The notes: generated by a model from the sequence alone, not told the origin. 64,000 bases of DNA from Epiperipatus broadwayi (GCA_028023455.1 JAQFVV010000007.1:11036001-11100000); one strand, 5' to 3'. Shown: positions 38,520-52,315, counted from the first letter of the stretch. Translations and numbers: made by a program.

Positions 38520-39618
38520 GTAAGATTGGGGAAGAAATTGTTGTCTTTTTTTGTTTTAAATGAAATAATGACCATTAGGTAGATTTTTTTATTATATTTT
38601 TTTAATGTATGTCCTCATATAGGATACATAGATTTTATTTCTTAATATATATTTAAGAAAGAGATTCATATTCGAATCCAATATGGTGGATAGTAGTCAA
38701 ATTCTATTGACAGGTGTTATGGTGACTATACAGCCATAGTTTTGTATTTACTACCCTACGTGGTCAATGATTCAATTTTTTTTATAGACATATAAACAAA
38801 CAACTAAAATTAATACCAGGGTTGCCTGTTAAATTACACTTATAGTATATTTTACACATCCAATAGTGATCCAACAACCACACTTATATTATAAATCTTA
38901 CATACTTAAAATCTAATTCATATTAATCAAAAGAAAAGCTAATTTATGAACAAATAAACTCAATCAAAATTTAAAATAAACATTTAACTTAAAATACACA
39001 TAATTATAGTACACTCATTATTTAATCCTTGGAGACTTTACTTTACATATTTCCCAATTGTGGACACATTACATGTTTATAGACAATATTACTTCACATT
39101 AAAACAATTGTTTTGTTATTTTATAGAAAAGAGGATAAAATTCTACCAAGTCATATGTATATAATAAAGACAAGTTAAAACGAATTTTTAAAATATATAT
39201 TTTTAGTATTTTAACAGTGTTAAAACTTAGATTGAATATTTATAGATGCTTACCAACACATTCTAACCTTTTTAAAACAGTATACTTCCTTATTTAACCA
39301 AAGACTTAAATAATGTTGTATAAATACTCTACGCATAATAAAATATAATTTGTTAGACTTAAATATATAGTAAAAGGTCATAAAATAAAACTTAATATGA
39401 TTAATATGTTAGGATAGAAATCTAAACAGGTTTTAAAAACTTACACAGCAAAAGTTATATAGCCAAAATTCTCTGCACCTTGTTGTTAGATTTCTTTTGT
39501 AATATATTTCTCCCATGATTATCTGCATTAATTGATTTATTTATAAGTTGCTATAATGTCCTATAACTATCCCCTGTCTTTGACATTTGAGGTTTAAGTA
39601 TATATATTTTTTGAATAG

Positions 39619-39660
39619 ATATTCTTGGAAAATAATTTAGTAGGTTCATCAGAGATTCAG
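39619..39660 (+). CDS. Candidate 42-nt exon (IFLENNLVGSSEIQ), phase 0-0
   Basis: ttttttgaatAG acceptor and cag|GTTAGA donor. Confidence 0.18.
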
Positions 39661-41082
39661 GTTAGATTTCAATCAGTTGTCATTTTTTCTTTTCTTCTTG
39701 GTCAACCAATGATGGCTCATTTCATGTTGAATAAAGTATAACTCCTGATTGATCAATTTCAAGAAATATTGATCTATATATATATTTAGACATCGTATTT
39801 TTAACACATTTGTTTTGTTTTTTAGATTTCTGGTAATCTTTTATTTTTAATACACATTTTATTTTAATCACATTATTGTCACAACACTATAATCAATGCA
39901 TTTAATAACACCATCATTATTTAAATTGAATTAATTTTCAGAACACTGTAATTATAAAATTTCTTGAATTTTCTTTTGTTTTCAAATATATCTCAAAATG
40001 GGCTCAATATTTTAATTAACCTAATTTTAATTTAATTATTTAAAATCTATTTTTTACACTTGTATACTTAATTGAAATTTTTTTTTTCAATAATATTCTA
40101 CACATTTTTTGGAAAGAGAAAGTTTTAATGATAGTTTACATAAATTATTAATTTCTACTAAATTTAAACATCTTCAATAAAGCTATTACATTGTTTATTA
40201 TTATTTTATAATATGATATTTAATAATTTAATGTAACATTTAAATATACCTGTTATTGTTACATTTAATATTTTATTTTAAGCTATTTATTCTAATTTAT
40301 ATATTCTTTAAACCTTTTGAATGCTATGTTTGATAGCTATCCTCACAACAACAGAAAATCAGCTTACTGTCATGTATAAGTTCACTTGGATATCAATGAA
40401 AGACCGCTTGGATATCAGTGAAATGAATAAGGCATTATTCATTTAAATAATGTATTTTTTTGGAATTAGAATGCTTTCTGATCTCATGGCTACTGAGGAA
40501 ATATGAATATAATTATTGTTCCCTAGTACTAATATAAGAATATTGGATGCTTTTGTTCATATAAAAAGCCTGACACATTTTACAAGCAATTTCAAAGAGG
40601 TCATGGGTTTTAAGAATAAAGAAAATACTTTAATTTGAACATGTTAATATTTTTTTTTATGCTGAACATTTCAAAATGTTGTAGTGCTTTACTACATAAC
40701 TGATAAAATTAATGTTTGATAGATGTCCTCAAATTGGGTAATGCAGGCGGAGATAATTGATAATAACATAATACCTATTAATTTTTGATAGCAATTGATC
40801 TCTGTTTCTCATTTTTAATGATATAAAATGATAAGCAATTACAAATTAAAAAATAAGAAGTGATGAGAAATTATCACTGGTGATAATAAATTGTTAATTG
40901 TTATTAACAGACTTCAACTTTTATTATTTTTTATACTTATTTTAGCGTCTTATAAAATCTAAGAAGAAATATAAATTAAGAAATTAATTGAAGATTTTAA
41001 ATATTTTAATTAAGTTCATGCTGTTTGTTTATATTTGTTTATTTTTATATCTTCTCCTTTACTTTTTTTGCATTCTTCATTT

Positions 41083-41265
41083 ATATTACTTTTTATAAAT
41101 CTCCACACATACACACTCCAATGCAAATTTTTTATATATAATTACTTTAATTTTCTAACAGTTTCAACTGTCCTGCAATCTTCATCAGAGCCTTTACATA
41201 ACCTTCTCTTTTCTTTTTAAATTTTGCATTACAGTGTATATGTGGAGATGTATAAAACGTAATAT
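41083..41265. repeat. ~47-bp diverged inverted repeat around a ~90-bp loop
   Basis: ttttataaatctccacacatacacactccaatgcaaattt vs aaattttgcattacagtgtatatgtggagatgtataaaa. Confidence 0.7.
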
Positions 41266-42371
41266 ATGTATTTGTTTATTTATTTTTTACTTTGGGTTTA
41301 TTTGATTATAAAAAATTGAGTCATTCGTAATATTAAAATCACGTGGCAGTGATTTAATTATTTGACAATTTAAAACGTGCTTATAATTTAAATTTTATAA
41401 TTTTTTTTATACATTTCTAACTCATGTTAAAAGCAAAAAAAAAAAGAAAGATAGAAATGTCTTGTTCTTTTAATTAAATATGATTATAAACTTGCTTCCT
41501 AATTAAAAAGCTCCCCCAGATGGGAACTACTTTTTATTTTTTTGCAAATTAAAATTAGAAAACATGTTATCATCTAATATGTGTTAAAGAAATCTGATGT
41601 TTATAAGATTGAAGAGTTATTTTTAGTTTTAGTAGAGAGAAAGAAAAAGGTATTTCTGGAGGTTAATGAATTTAAATTTGGCTTCAAATTATTAAATGGA
41701 TTTTTTTCTAATTTTTTTCTTTTGGTTATACTATTTATTTATTCTGACAGTATAATATAGTTATTTTTTTTTGTTTTCTACTTGTAAGCAATCTAAGACT
41801 CTTGTGTGTCTTCACAATTTCTTTTACATCAATTACTTTCGGAGAAAGCTCAAATATAAAATTTTAAGAATTAAAATATCAAGTATTTGGAGGATTTGTT
41901 TAAAAATAAATAAGCAAATAAACCACATACAGATAAGAGTTCATGTAATATCCTATAAGATTAATACTATAATTTTCAAAATATCTCATATGTAAATAAA
42001 TAATTAGTAAGACACTCGTTTTCCATATAGTCATTCAACTGTCGTGATAAAACAGTTTATTAATTGTAGAAATTCAACATTGACCACAAGGTTACAACAT
42101 ATTATTTGTTTTACAACCAGCACATAAATGCTTCTACAATGATAATGCACATTCATTAGAATAGTCATGTTTAGCTAATAATAGTTAGATGTCAGCTTAT
42201 CAATCAAATGGGATTAACTATAAAATAGCTTCTTGAAGAAAACCTTTAGTTTGCTGGAAAAAAAATTCAATGTTTTATTGCATCAAATTGAACCACACCA
42301 TTGTTGGTATGATAATGAGAAGTGCTAATGTCTATTTCCAATTCATTGATTAACGCAGTTAATTTAGTCAA

Positions 42372-42443
42372 ACGTTGGTGGGCTTGATGTTAGCATAGCT
42401 GCTTTCTAAGCAGTTATCCCGGGTTTGCTTCCCAGCCGATGTT
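42372..42443 (+). pseudogene. tRNA-Gly(TCC)-derived pseudogene; anticodon now TCT
   Basis: acGTTGGTGG..GTTAGCATAGCTGCtTTCtAAGCAGTT..CCCGGGTTtGcTTCCCaGCCgAtGt aligns with metazoan tRNA-Gly-TCC (GCGTTGGTGGTATAGTGGTTAGCATAGCTGCCTTCCAAGCAGTTGACCCGGGTTCGATTCCCGGCCAACGCA). D-arm/A-box and T-loop/B-box are damaged. Confidence 0.85.
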
Positions 42444-45215
42444 TTGACATATATAAAAAAAGAAAAAAAAACCAGTTAATTCACAATATAAAATTCTTGG
42501 AAGTAGTACAAAAAATGTTAAAAAATTATTTTAACAAATTTACATTTTATTAGATAATGAGATATAATAGTTACTTTTAATTTTAAAAAAAAAAATTAAG
42601 TAGAATAATATTTTGATTGAACTGGAACATTATTATTGTTTACTCTATTTCAAGTTCAAAATTTGAATTTATAATAATGCAGAAGAATTGGTTTATTTTA
42701 TAATATTATCTTGCCTGGATTGGTATGATGGTTGAGTGGCAGATGTAGGAGATCAAGGCCCATGGAATGTCACCTCATTTACCAAGCTTAAATTTCTTAT
42801 GAATTTCTGAACATCAACCCATTTGGTTATCACTGTATATTATATATGTTAAATTAAATATTTTCATGGATTTATTATAAAGTAAACCAAGTTAAGTGTG
42901 AGGCTACTTCCATGTGAATACCTAATGTTATCTTTGCTTTTGATGTTGCTAGAAAACCATCAGTTACATTCTACTATCTCTTAGGCTAAACTACTTTTGT
43001 CTAATATTCTCATATCTATACAAATAGTTAACTGGGTTTAAATCTTTAAAACAACTTGGATTATAAGTACAAGAGGACTTCCTTTTATTTTTAATCCAAT
43101 TCAAAATATAAAAAGTATTGTAGAATACTAAAGAAAAGTGGTTTAGCATTAAAGATTGTTGATAGTAATTGGTGATTTTCTAATGACATTAAAGATTAAA
43201 ACATCTCTAGTCATTTACTTGAAAGTAGTTCAAAATTTTGTTTAGTTTACATTGTATATATATCTATTTTCTTAAGTAAATGATATCATGATAAAATAGA
43301 CTGGATCAATACCTATGGATTCCTGGTCAATTTCTAATTAATGAAAACAAATAAAGACAGAAAGCAAAATAGAAAAAAAATCTTAATTTAATCAATTAAA
43401 TAGAATTCATGCTGGCCATTTTTTTATATGTTATTGGACATTATCAAAAGTTTCCTGTGTGGTTTGGTGAAGTGTTAAAATGTTCAGATTCTGAATCATA
43501 AGATCTTCAGATTGATTCCAGTTGCAGCACTTCCAGTAATCAAACTTGTTACCAAATAACTTCAATCAAGAAAGACATTTGATAATCCTTTTTTAATGTC
43601 AAGAATCTCATCATCATCATCAGAAGAAGATTTTATCATATATATTAACACCAATTAAGGGCATTACCAACTACTTCTATATCTGTCACAATACTTCTTG
43701 ATTTTTTACTATTCAACTACTTTTTTATTTCATTCTTTTCCAAGGATACCTTTTATCTTAAATACAAATTATTTCAGTCCATATATGTCATATTTATTTA
43801 TTATATATTCAGAACACTTCCACTTAGATTTTTAATGATTATAATCTAAGTAATGAAAAGTATTTCTGCATAAATTATGAACTATTACTGTTTATTTGTG
43901 ATGTTATTACAATTTTAAAATGTTATGTATATGCAGAGAGTTTTCATAAACATTTACTTATAATGATTTATTATGCATATGCTATAAATATGGCATAAAC
44001 AACTTTTTTTTAATTGATTTCTAATTTACATCGACTTATTTATATTAAAAAACTCAATTTGTTAACTCATAAAACTGAAAAGTATTCCTGCACACAACAT
44101 GTATGTATCGTATAATCATTTATATATATTTTCAACTATATATTCAATATGGTTTTAATAGTAGATTCAAGAATGAGACTTGATAAGTGTTTGGCATATG
44201 ACTTGATCTTTTGGAAATTTGGGTACATTAGAGATGTGGGTTTGATAAATAAGATAAATATGATTGAAATAATAAAATAAAATATTGCAAGTAGTAAATA
44301 AAAAGATAAATAATTGAGAAACTTAAGAAGCAGATAAAAAAAACTATGGTTTAGAAAGAATTGGAAAATATAATTAAAATAAAATAAAATGAAGAGATAG
44401 TAGTAAAATGTATTCATAAAATATTTACTGGAATTAATATATCAGCAAAACTACACTAATTTAAATGTTGTACACATAGTTATAAAAAAAACCATTCATA
44501 TTCTCTAACCATTGAATATTCACATAGGAGGAAATTAAAAATAAACCATTTATAGAAAAAATGACAGAGAATAAGAATACATAAGTTAAGAATCTATAAG
44601 ACTCAAATAAAATAAAATAGACATGAACTTCCTAAAATAGAAGCAAATTTTTTGGTACTTATAAAAATCATTTTATAAATTAAGTAAAACTGATAATTAA
44701 AAAACAGCTAATTAGTAGTAATAACCAGATAATGTAAAGCAAGAACCAAGAAAAAAACAGCAAGAAGGAAAATGAGTGGAGGTTGATGGAAACACATGTA
44801 ATCTCTGTAAATTAGCAATAACTAAATCTATTATATAAAAAAGAGAAGACATCAACCAAACATCAAAATGCATATCGAGAATACTATGCAAGTAAAAGAA
44901 TGAAAGAACCTATCAAAATTTTAAAAGATCGCAAATAATAGCAGTAACCACTTATGATACTAAGTCTCTTTTAACTATTATTTGTCTTCAAAGAATATCA
45001 CTGCTGAAGAACTTTACAGTGCTAATTTAAACACAGTTATAGTGCAGATGTCACATGAATTGTGTTTGTGTTAGGTGAAACCTGAACAATGTAGTTTTTT
45101 CAAAAGTGAAAAATGTCTGAATCTAGAAATAGTGATAATTATATATCTAACATTAACTTGTCCACAGTAGAATTTTTTTCTCATTGTTTACAATTTCATA
45201 GACTGCCTACTGAAG

Positions 45216-45450
45216 GAAGAAAATTACCAACACAAAAAAGGAGTAGTACCAAAAAAGACTATGTTTTTTTAAAGTTACCATAGTAGTATAAAGTTATTCT
45301 AATGATAATAAGCTTAGTGAATAATATGGCAAGGTATTTTAATTTTATATGCATGTAAATAAAAAGGCTCAATAATTTATAGAATTTTATTAGGTTTTAA
45401 AAATTAGACAATGTTTACACAAAACAATATGCTTGAGGTCTTTTATTCAT
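45216..45450 (+). repeat. ~230-bp direct repeat, copy 1 (copy 2 at 46596-46820)
   Basis: gaaaattac.aacacaaaaaaggagtagtaccaaa..gtagtataaagttattctaatgataata..gcttgaggtcttttatt is present in both copies. Confidence 0.85.
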
Positions 45451-46327
45451 GTATATAGAAAATTATTTTGGTACTTGGGTATTAGATCTGCAATGTAAGG
45501 AGATAGGAGATCTTTTCACATCTGCAATAAATGTGTAATCTTGCACTGACATCAAATTGAAAGAGAATAATTCCTGCAATGTTATTTGATCTTGTGTGAA
45601 ATCATGTTTATCTTTAGCAATGGGGGGGGGGGATTGTAATATTTTGAGATTTTCAGTTAGTGTCCAGATTTTTTTTTGACAACTGGATAAATATTTAATA
45701 AGTCTTATAATAATTTATATTACTTTCTTTTTGTGTATTTTTTTTTTGTTTTCTTTTTTTTAAAAAAAAAACATTTATTAGTATTTATGTGGAGAATCCG
45801 GCATACTCTGCACAGTTATGTGTTCAATAAAATTCCACTTGGGGGGAAATTTTGAGTTCAAATATCCATTTTAAGTGTGTTAGAATTAAATATAAAATTT
45901 GTGGCTTCAATGCAACAATTCCTGTTGTATATTACACAGGAAATAGAACATGTGTGTATTTTACATGTTTTTATAAATAATATTTTAAAAAATTATAATT
46001 TAGTGATTGTTTTGTGCATATTTAAATTAACATTTTTTTGCATGATGGTGTCATTTATTTAAGATTGGAAATCAATTTTTTTTGGTTTAAAATGTTATTT
46101 TTAATATTGATTTATATATTGTTATACATTTTAAAATCGTTAGTGTGAACATTGTATAAATTTGTTTTAAAATGCTGTTTTTAATATTATTTTTTAATAC
46201 TTTAAAAATTGATCTTTTTAATATCCATTTATTTCTTAAAATTGTTTTAAAATTATCTTTTAATATCCATTTGTTTCTCAAAATTTGTTTAAAATGCTGT
46301 TTTTAATATTATTTTTATACTTTTAGT

Positions 46328-46592
46328 TATTTTTATTAGTCCTGCAACATGGAGCATGTACCAGACTTGATGCACCAATTTAAATTCATATCAAACTGCC
46401 GATAACTTTGTTATTCTTGTGAAAATATCATGTACAAGATCCATGTACATGTTACTATAAAAAATATCATGTACAAGATCCTTGTACACATTATTTTGGT
46501 CAGATCACAAGATTACAAAGTTATCAGTAGATTGATAAGAATATGAAAAGGTGCAGCAAGTCTAATACATGCTTCATGTTGCAGTTCTAATA
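46328..46592. mobile_element. MITE-like element with ~90-bp diverged inverted arms and an internal 28-bp duplication
   Basis: tgcaacatggagcatgtaccagacttgatgcacc..gataactttgttattcttgtg vs cacaagattacaaagttatc..ggtgcagcaagtctaatacatgcttcatgttgca. Confidence 0.75.
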
Positions 46593-46595
46593 CCA

Positions 46596-46820
46596 AAGAA
46601 AATTACTAACACAAAAAAGGAGTAGTACCAAAGAACATTAGGTTCTTTTAAAGTTATCATGGTAGTATAAAGTTATTCTAATGATAATAAACTTACTGAA
46701 TGAGCTATGTCAAGATCTTTTAATTGTATATACATATAACTAAAAAGCCTCAATAATTTATAGAATTATATTAGGTTTTAACACAAAACAATAAGCTTGA
46801 GGTCTTTTATTTATGCATTA
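46596..46820 (+). repeat. ~230-bp direct repeat, copy 2
   Basis: See 45216-45450. Confidence 0.85.
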
Positions 46821-47205
46821 AGAATATTATTTTTTTGCATGTGTAAACTGTGTGTTTCTTTTATTTTTATAAATATACATATTTTATATGAATAACTACT
46901 TATATTTAATCATTATTAATTTTATTTTTATTATTGTCATTCTATTAATAAACTAATAAGATTAATATTTAATGTGAATATGTTGAAAAGAAAAGATTTG
47001 TCAATGTATGGGGGATCAAAACCCATCTCAAAACTAATAATTATAATCACCTGTTACTTCCAAGTAGGTGTTTTAAAGAAAAAAAGTATTATAATGATAT
47101 AAAAATGCACAATTGTAGTATTCATTAATTGATATTATCTTATATAAACTGATTATTTAAATTTTAGATGTCTGCTCTGTTCTTATTTCATCAGTCTCAT
47201 TTCAG

Positions 47206-47286
47206 ATATACACAAGAACAATGAGACATCATGTTCTGATGTGGAAAAATGTTGGGATGTTGAAAACTGGAATTGTGTGACCAGGG
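47206..47286 (+). CDS. Candidate 81-nt Cys/Trp-rich exon (IHKNNETSCSDVEKCWDVENWNCVTR), phase 1-1
   Basis: Strong acceptor ttcttatttcatcagtctcatttcAG and donor GTAATG. Only one frame is open. Confidence 0.28.
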
Positions 47287-47684
47287 GTAATGTATCCATA
47301 GTTATTTTTCTGCAAAAAAGTGGCATTTGCAGTTATAGGATACTATAGTTCTAATCCCATCTGTAACAAAACACAAATATGTACTTATAAATGAAAATTG
47401 AGCATAGCTCTACAAGAGGTAATTTGACATATATATTTAGGAAATATAAGCAGGATATCTTATATAAAGCAGTTATATAATTGAAATGTGGGTTAATTAC
47501 CACTATCAATCCTAAATATAATTAATTAGGCAAAATTAAGGTTCCATTAATCTTTGTTAAACAAATAGCTTATCATGTTGATCAAAAAATAATCTATTTA
47601 TATGTAGAATGTATCCATATATATATTTAGACATGAGTTATAAGAAGACCCCCCAAGTTCCTGTACAATATATATAATTAAATT

Positions 47685-48010
47685 ATAGGGTATTTAAACC
47701 CAGAATTTTCAGCTCCCTTCAACTAATCAATCAATCTCATACAATTGATGCACATAACCATGCACATGTAAAAAAAGGTACATGATGTCCAAGATATGTA
47801 TTTCATGCTGAACCAGCACTCATGAATTGGTACAGATCATCATCTCCCACATTCATATATGACCAGTGTTCAGTTTATATTTAGATAGCAAATCTTTAAA
47901 CTTTAATGAACATGCTTCAGTGTACTTTGCCATCCAACTCTTCAGTTTTCCATACCATTGAAAAAATCTGATGATAGAATGCTAAATCTTTTGATGATGC
48001 CAATATTATT
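47685..48010 (+). mobile_element. Family A forward arm (long form)
   Basis: agggtatttaaacccagaattttcagctccctt..gctgaaccagcactcatgaattggtacagatcatcatctcccac..ccataccattgaaaaaatctgatgatag. Confidence 0.8.
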
Positions 48011-48289
48011 GTCATACCCATATTGACCATAAGTCATTCTGATTTTTCATGCATAGGACTTGTATATTTAAATACAAAAAAAGGGATGGGCAGGATACAG
48101 GATGAATCTGTAATATTTAAATACAGGTATACTTAATATCACTGGAGTTTAGAAGTAATTATAGAGGATTTGAACCCAGATTTATATATATATTATTTTT
48201 AATTGTTTTTAATCCATAGCAATAAGTTAGTTTTTTGTTCCCTAGTCAATTTTCATCACATTATTCCAGAGAACTTTTTTATTTTATTT

Positions 48290-48530
48290 ATTTTACAGTC
48301 TTTTGAAATCTCTTAGAATCAACTTTAAAACTTCAACTTCCAATTTATTATCATCTCTGTTAGCATGATGTTTAGTCTAGCTGTACTTTATTCTCCCAAT
48401 TCTTTAAATGATGTCAGTGTTTCCTGCTTTTTTCTACAAATCATGTATTTCATTTTTGATACCTTCTTCTTACCTCCATCTCTCCAAACTTCATGGTAGT
48501 CTGAAATCTTTGTATTGTTCTTCTGCTAAG
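48290..48530 (-). mobile_element. Degenerate RTE 3' fragment
   Basis: Minus strand reads LSRRTIQRFQTT..RRR..NRDDNKLEVEVLKLI, aligning with the RTE ORF at 33967-34374. Confidence 0.7.
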
Positions 48531-49910
48531 TAAAATTGCAGTATATATCTTAGCATTAATCCTGTACAGTTAGACAATTAGCATGACTTGGGTTTAAAGC
48601 CAACAAGTATTAAAACTTTGAAAGTTATTAGCTTAAAGAGCAGAGAAATGAAGCAGCTTCGAATATGCACAATGGGAAGTCACACAATTATTCATTGGTT
48701 ATACATGTTTAAAAAGGTGACGTTAGAGAAAAATGAATGGATTATTCTTAATAGTGCCATATGATACTTTATATTCGTTTAATTCTTTGGATTTTTTAAA
48801 AGTTTTTATTCTTTAACTTAGCTTTTTAGATAATTACTTTTTCATTATCAAAATTGATTTAGCCTTTTTGTTAGCTTAAACTTTTTTCTTCTTTGTGTGT
48901 GATCTTGAGATAATTTTTTATTTTCTTTTATTTTTTGTCTGCGTCTTTATTGGGCATTATTTTGCAAAAGATTGATACTTTGATAGACTTATGAATAATT
49001 GAAATTCACTTCTTTTTTTTCAATTTAATGAGAAAAGAGAGGCTGTAAAAGAGGGGGGGGATAGTATTTTCAAATCATTTTAGACTATTTAATGATGGAA
49101 ATATTGATGGAATTTTCTGAAAGTGGTTAGATTACTAATAGGGTTTTTTCTTATAAAGTCTTGAGCTTATTTCACTCTTTCTTTGTTAACTTGGCTGTGT
49201 GTATATGTGTGAGATGAAATCATTTTTTAAAAAAGAAGTAACAATCATTAAATATTTATAAGGGAAGGACAATGCAAGTTTGAGATCAGGAATGTAAAAG
49301 ATAAAATTATATGGACTAGAAATCCAATAACCATTTGACAAGAGGGAAGGTTTTTGTGAAAAAGATCACAAAAGCTTCCTTTAACTTTTCTTTGTACACT
49401 GAATAGGCAAAAAGCAGAGCAAGGAAACTTGATAGTGTTTATTAAATTTGACTTTTAATCTGCTTAGATGTGATCTCCTTTAGCGAATGGAGGTTTGAAA
49501 GATGTTTTCTCTTCCTCTTTAATTATACAGAAGCTGTAGGACCGTCTTCACTCTTATTAAAATAGCATTCCTATGTAATCTTTTAAACCCAGATTTTTTC
49601 AAATTGAAATGGGTAAAAAAAAAGTTTACATCTATGATGGCTTGTTCACTATATTAATGACACTGATTTATTTTTACAATTTATTTATTTTTTAACCAAT
49701 ACCTTTTCATTTTTTATATTTCATATATATATTTATAAACAAGTTATGTACGATAATATAATATTATTATCAACCTAAATATCTCTTTATGTAGTGCGGA
49801 TTTTGTGCTAGTATTCATTCTGCACAAGATCAGCCAAAGTATTAATATTTTATAATAAACTTTTAATGCTCCAAGTACTAATTAATGAATAATCTTATTC
49901 CTCTTCAAGT

Positions 49911-50070
49911 TTAAACCACTAAACATCACAAGATGGCCATTTCTTATGCTTGCTCATAACTTTTATTAAAATAGGCAAAACTCTCCATACAATAATGCCA
50001 CTCTGCCTTCTGGCATCCATTGATTACTCTGGCTTGCACTGAGTGGCATTATTAAATGGAGAGTTTGCCT
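49911..50070. mobile_element. Family B, short internally deleted form
   Basis: TTAAaccactaaacatcaca..gcaaaactctccatacaataatgccactc / gagtggcattattaaatggagagtttgcc. Confidence 0.8.
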
Positions 50071-51864
50071 CTGCAAGTTTCTGGCTTTATTTCTTTTTAT
50101 TAAGAGGGCCACAATGCATATACACATTGAACCAGTATCAATTCCTGCATCATTTGGTGCAGTGATAGAATAATAAATTATGGGGAGCAAGATCTTTGAA
50201 ATGCAGCTTAACTTCTTCTTTGTGATACTTAAACATTTTATAAACTGTTGGTGATAAATCATTTGGTTGGTTTTTAATAATTTATAATCAGGCAGACAAA
50301 CACCCACCTTCACATATTATAATATTATCAGGACTTAGTTCAATATGAGCTTAAACTTTTATGATAATCAAGATATTTAAATATGTACACAAACAATAAG
50401 AAATGGAAAAATACTTGGAAATTATTATTTGATGTCCCTTATTTTTAGTATAAAGTATAATTTGCTTATTTGTCTACAGAGTTTTACAAATGAGTACAAT
50501 ACATCTATTCTGTAAATTTACACACCAACCATTTAAAAATTAATTTGCATCACATATTTAGACTGATTTAAGATATATTCCTCTGGCTATTACAGTTCTA
50601 ATTATCTCTATGTAAAAGATTAAAACTACAGACACTATTTGTTTTTTAATTGTAAATAATTATTGAGTATATCAGATATAAGTTAGGTTGATTAGTAGTT
50701 AATAATAATTTAATATCTATATCAAAAGTAGTATAAAGTGTAATAATTTTTAACATATTAAAAATGGAAGTCTAGTAGAAATTTTATATAAACAAACATT
50801 GTCATTAAGATCAAATTATGCATTCTTACTTTGCCATTCTAGATATTAATTTAAAATAATACTCATATCAAGTTTGAATATAAAGTTTTTAATAATATTA
50901 TTGGCATGAAAATGTCAAAAATATACTCAGTACAATAATATTATTTAAAATTTTATATTCAAATTCTGTGTGAGTATTATTTTACATTAAGATCAAATGT
51001 TTTAGAGGAGTAAAAATCAACAACTTTTTAAAACATTTCACTGATTTGAAAAAGTTTTCTCAAAATGGTATACTAATCAACAATATGGTGTCAGAGTTGT
51101 TCTGACATGTTCTGATAATGATGCAATCACTTCTGGCCTTTCTTCATTATTTTGTGGTTATCTACAACATATATTTTCCAGTTTGCATTTTTTTAATGAT
51201 AGAAATTTGAACTCAAATTATTAGTTTAAAAAATCTGAAGATGTCAGAATTATACAATTACATTATAGATGTTATACAGATTTCTAAATTCAAAAGCAAA
51301 AATAATGCTATTGATTGGTTGTACCATGATACAAAGAAATGGCCAATGCTACTAATTGGTAGATTCATTGCTCTCAGGCATTGAGAGTAGACTCTTTTTT
51401 AAGATACAATATAGAATAATTGGTTAACAAAAAAATAAAATATTGAAAATATAGCTAAAACTTCTACTAGGTCTTTTGAAGAAGTGTGGGAGAAATTAGT
51501 TAGCAAACAAATTAAATTAAAAACATGTAAGTGATTAGATTCTAAATCACTTTATTATTTAATGATTAGAGATTATTGTTTCTCTTTATTCTTGTATTTG
51601 ATTAGTTAGATTAGTAGTAGGACAATCTCAATGGGCATGAATCTCTCATACCTTTGGACATCTCGCTGCATTAAATATGACAAAAGATAGTTTGTGAAAT
51701 CACATTTCAATGTTTTAACTACATATAGAGAAATTATGATTCTTGTTTTTATTCTTTTTCTATTTGGTAACCTTTTTCGTTTTTGGTCTTTATATCTTTG
51801 ATCTGCCTCATTTGGATTTACTCATTTAGTATAAACTGCTAATAGTGATATATAATATTTAAAT

Positions 51865-51869
51865 ACAAA

Positions 51870-51913
<44 letters not shown>

Positions 51914-52025
51914 TTAAACTAGATATAATTAGAGGGAATTTGAAGTCAGGCTCTCAAGCTTCCTTTAGTCATCCACTCCATCTCATATAACTGATACACC
52001 CAACCACATAATGTGGAAAAGATAA
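51865..52025 (+). mobile_element. Family A terminus + partial arm with (TA)n expansion
   Basis: atttaaatacaaatc-(TA)n-cttaaactagatataattagagggaatttgaagtcaggctctcaagcttcctt. Confidence 0.7.
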
Positions 52026-52204
52026 ATGATTTTCAACATATATACCACAACCTCATATTTCCATTTACTACTCTAAATGAAGTCTTCACTTGATAACAGA
52101 TAACTGATATTCTGCTGGTTTATTTAGTATAATGGTTGTGTTGACATATTTTACATATTTTTTTAGTTAAATGTTGACATTTATAGTTTTATATATAAAT
52201 ATGT

Positions 52205-52315
52205 CATTAAAAATTAGTCAACACTTAGACAATTCCAATATCAATAACAATCAGTAAATCCAATCTGTTCTCAAAGCAATGTCCTTTTGACAATAAAGTG
52301 GAATCCTATATATAT
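52205..52315 (+). repeat. Family C copy
   Basis: ttagtcaacacttagacaattccaatatcaataacaatc..gacaataaagtggaatcc. Confidence 0.7.

Noticed and set aside
49966-50313. 115-aa minus ORF
   Set aside because: The 3' third lies in family B and the rest is at best a faint LINE remnant.
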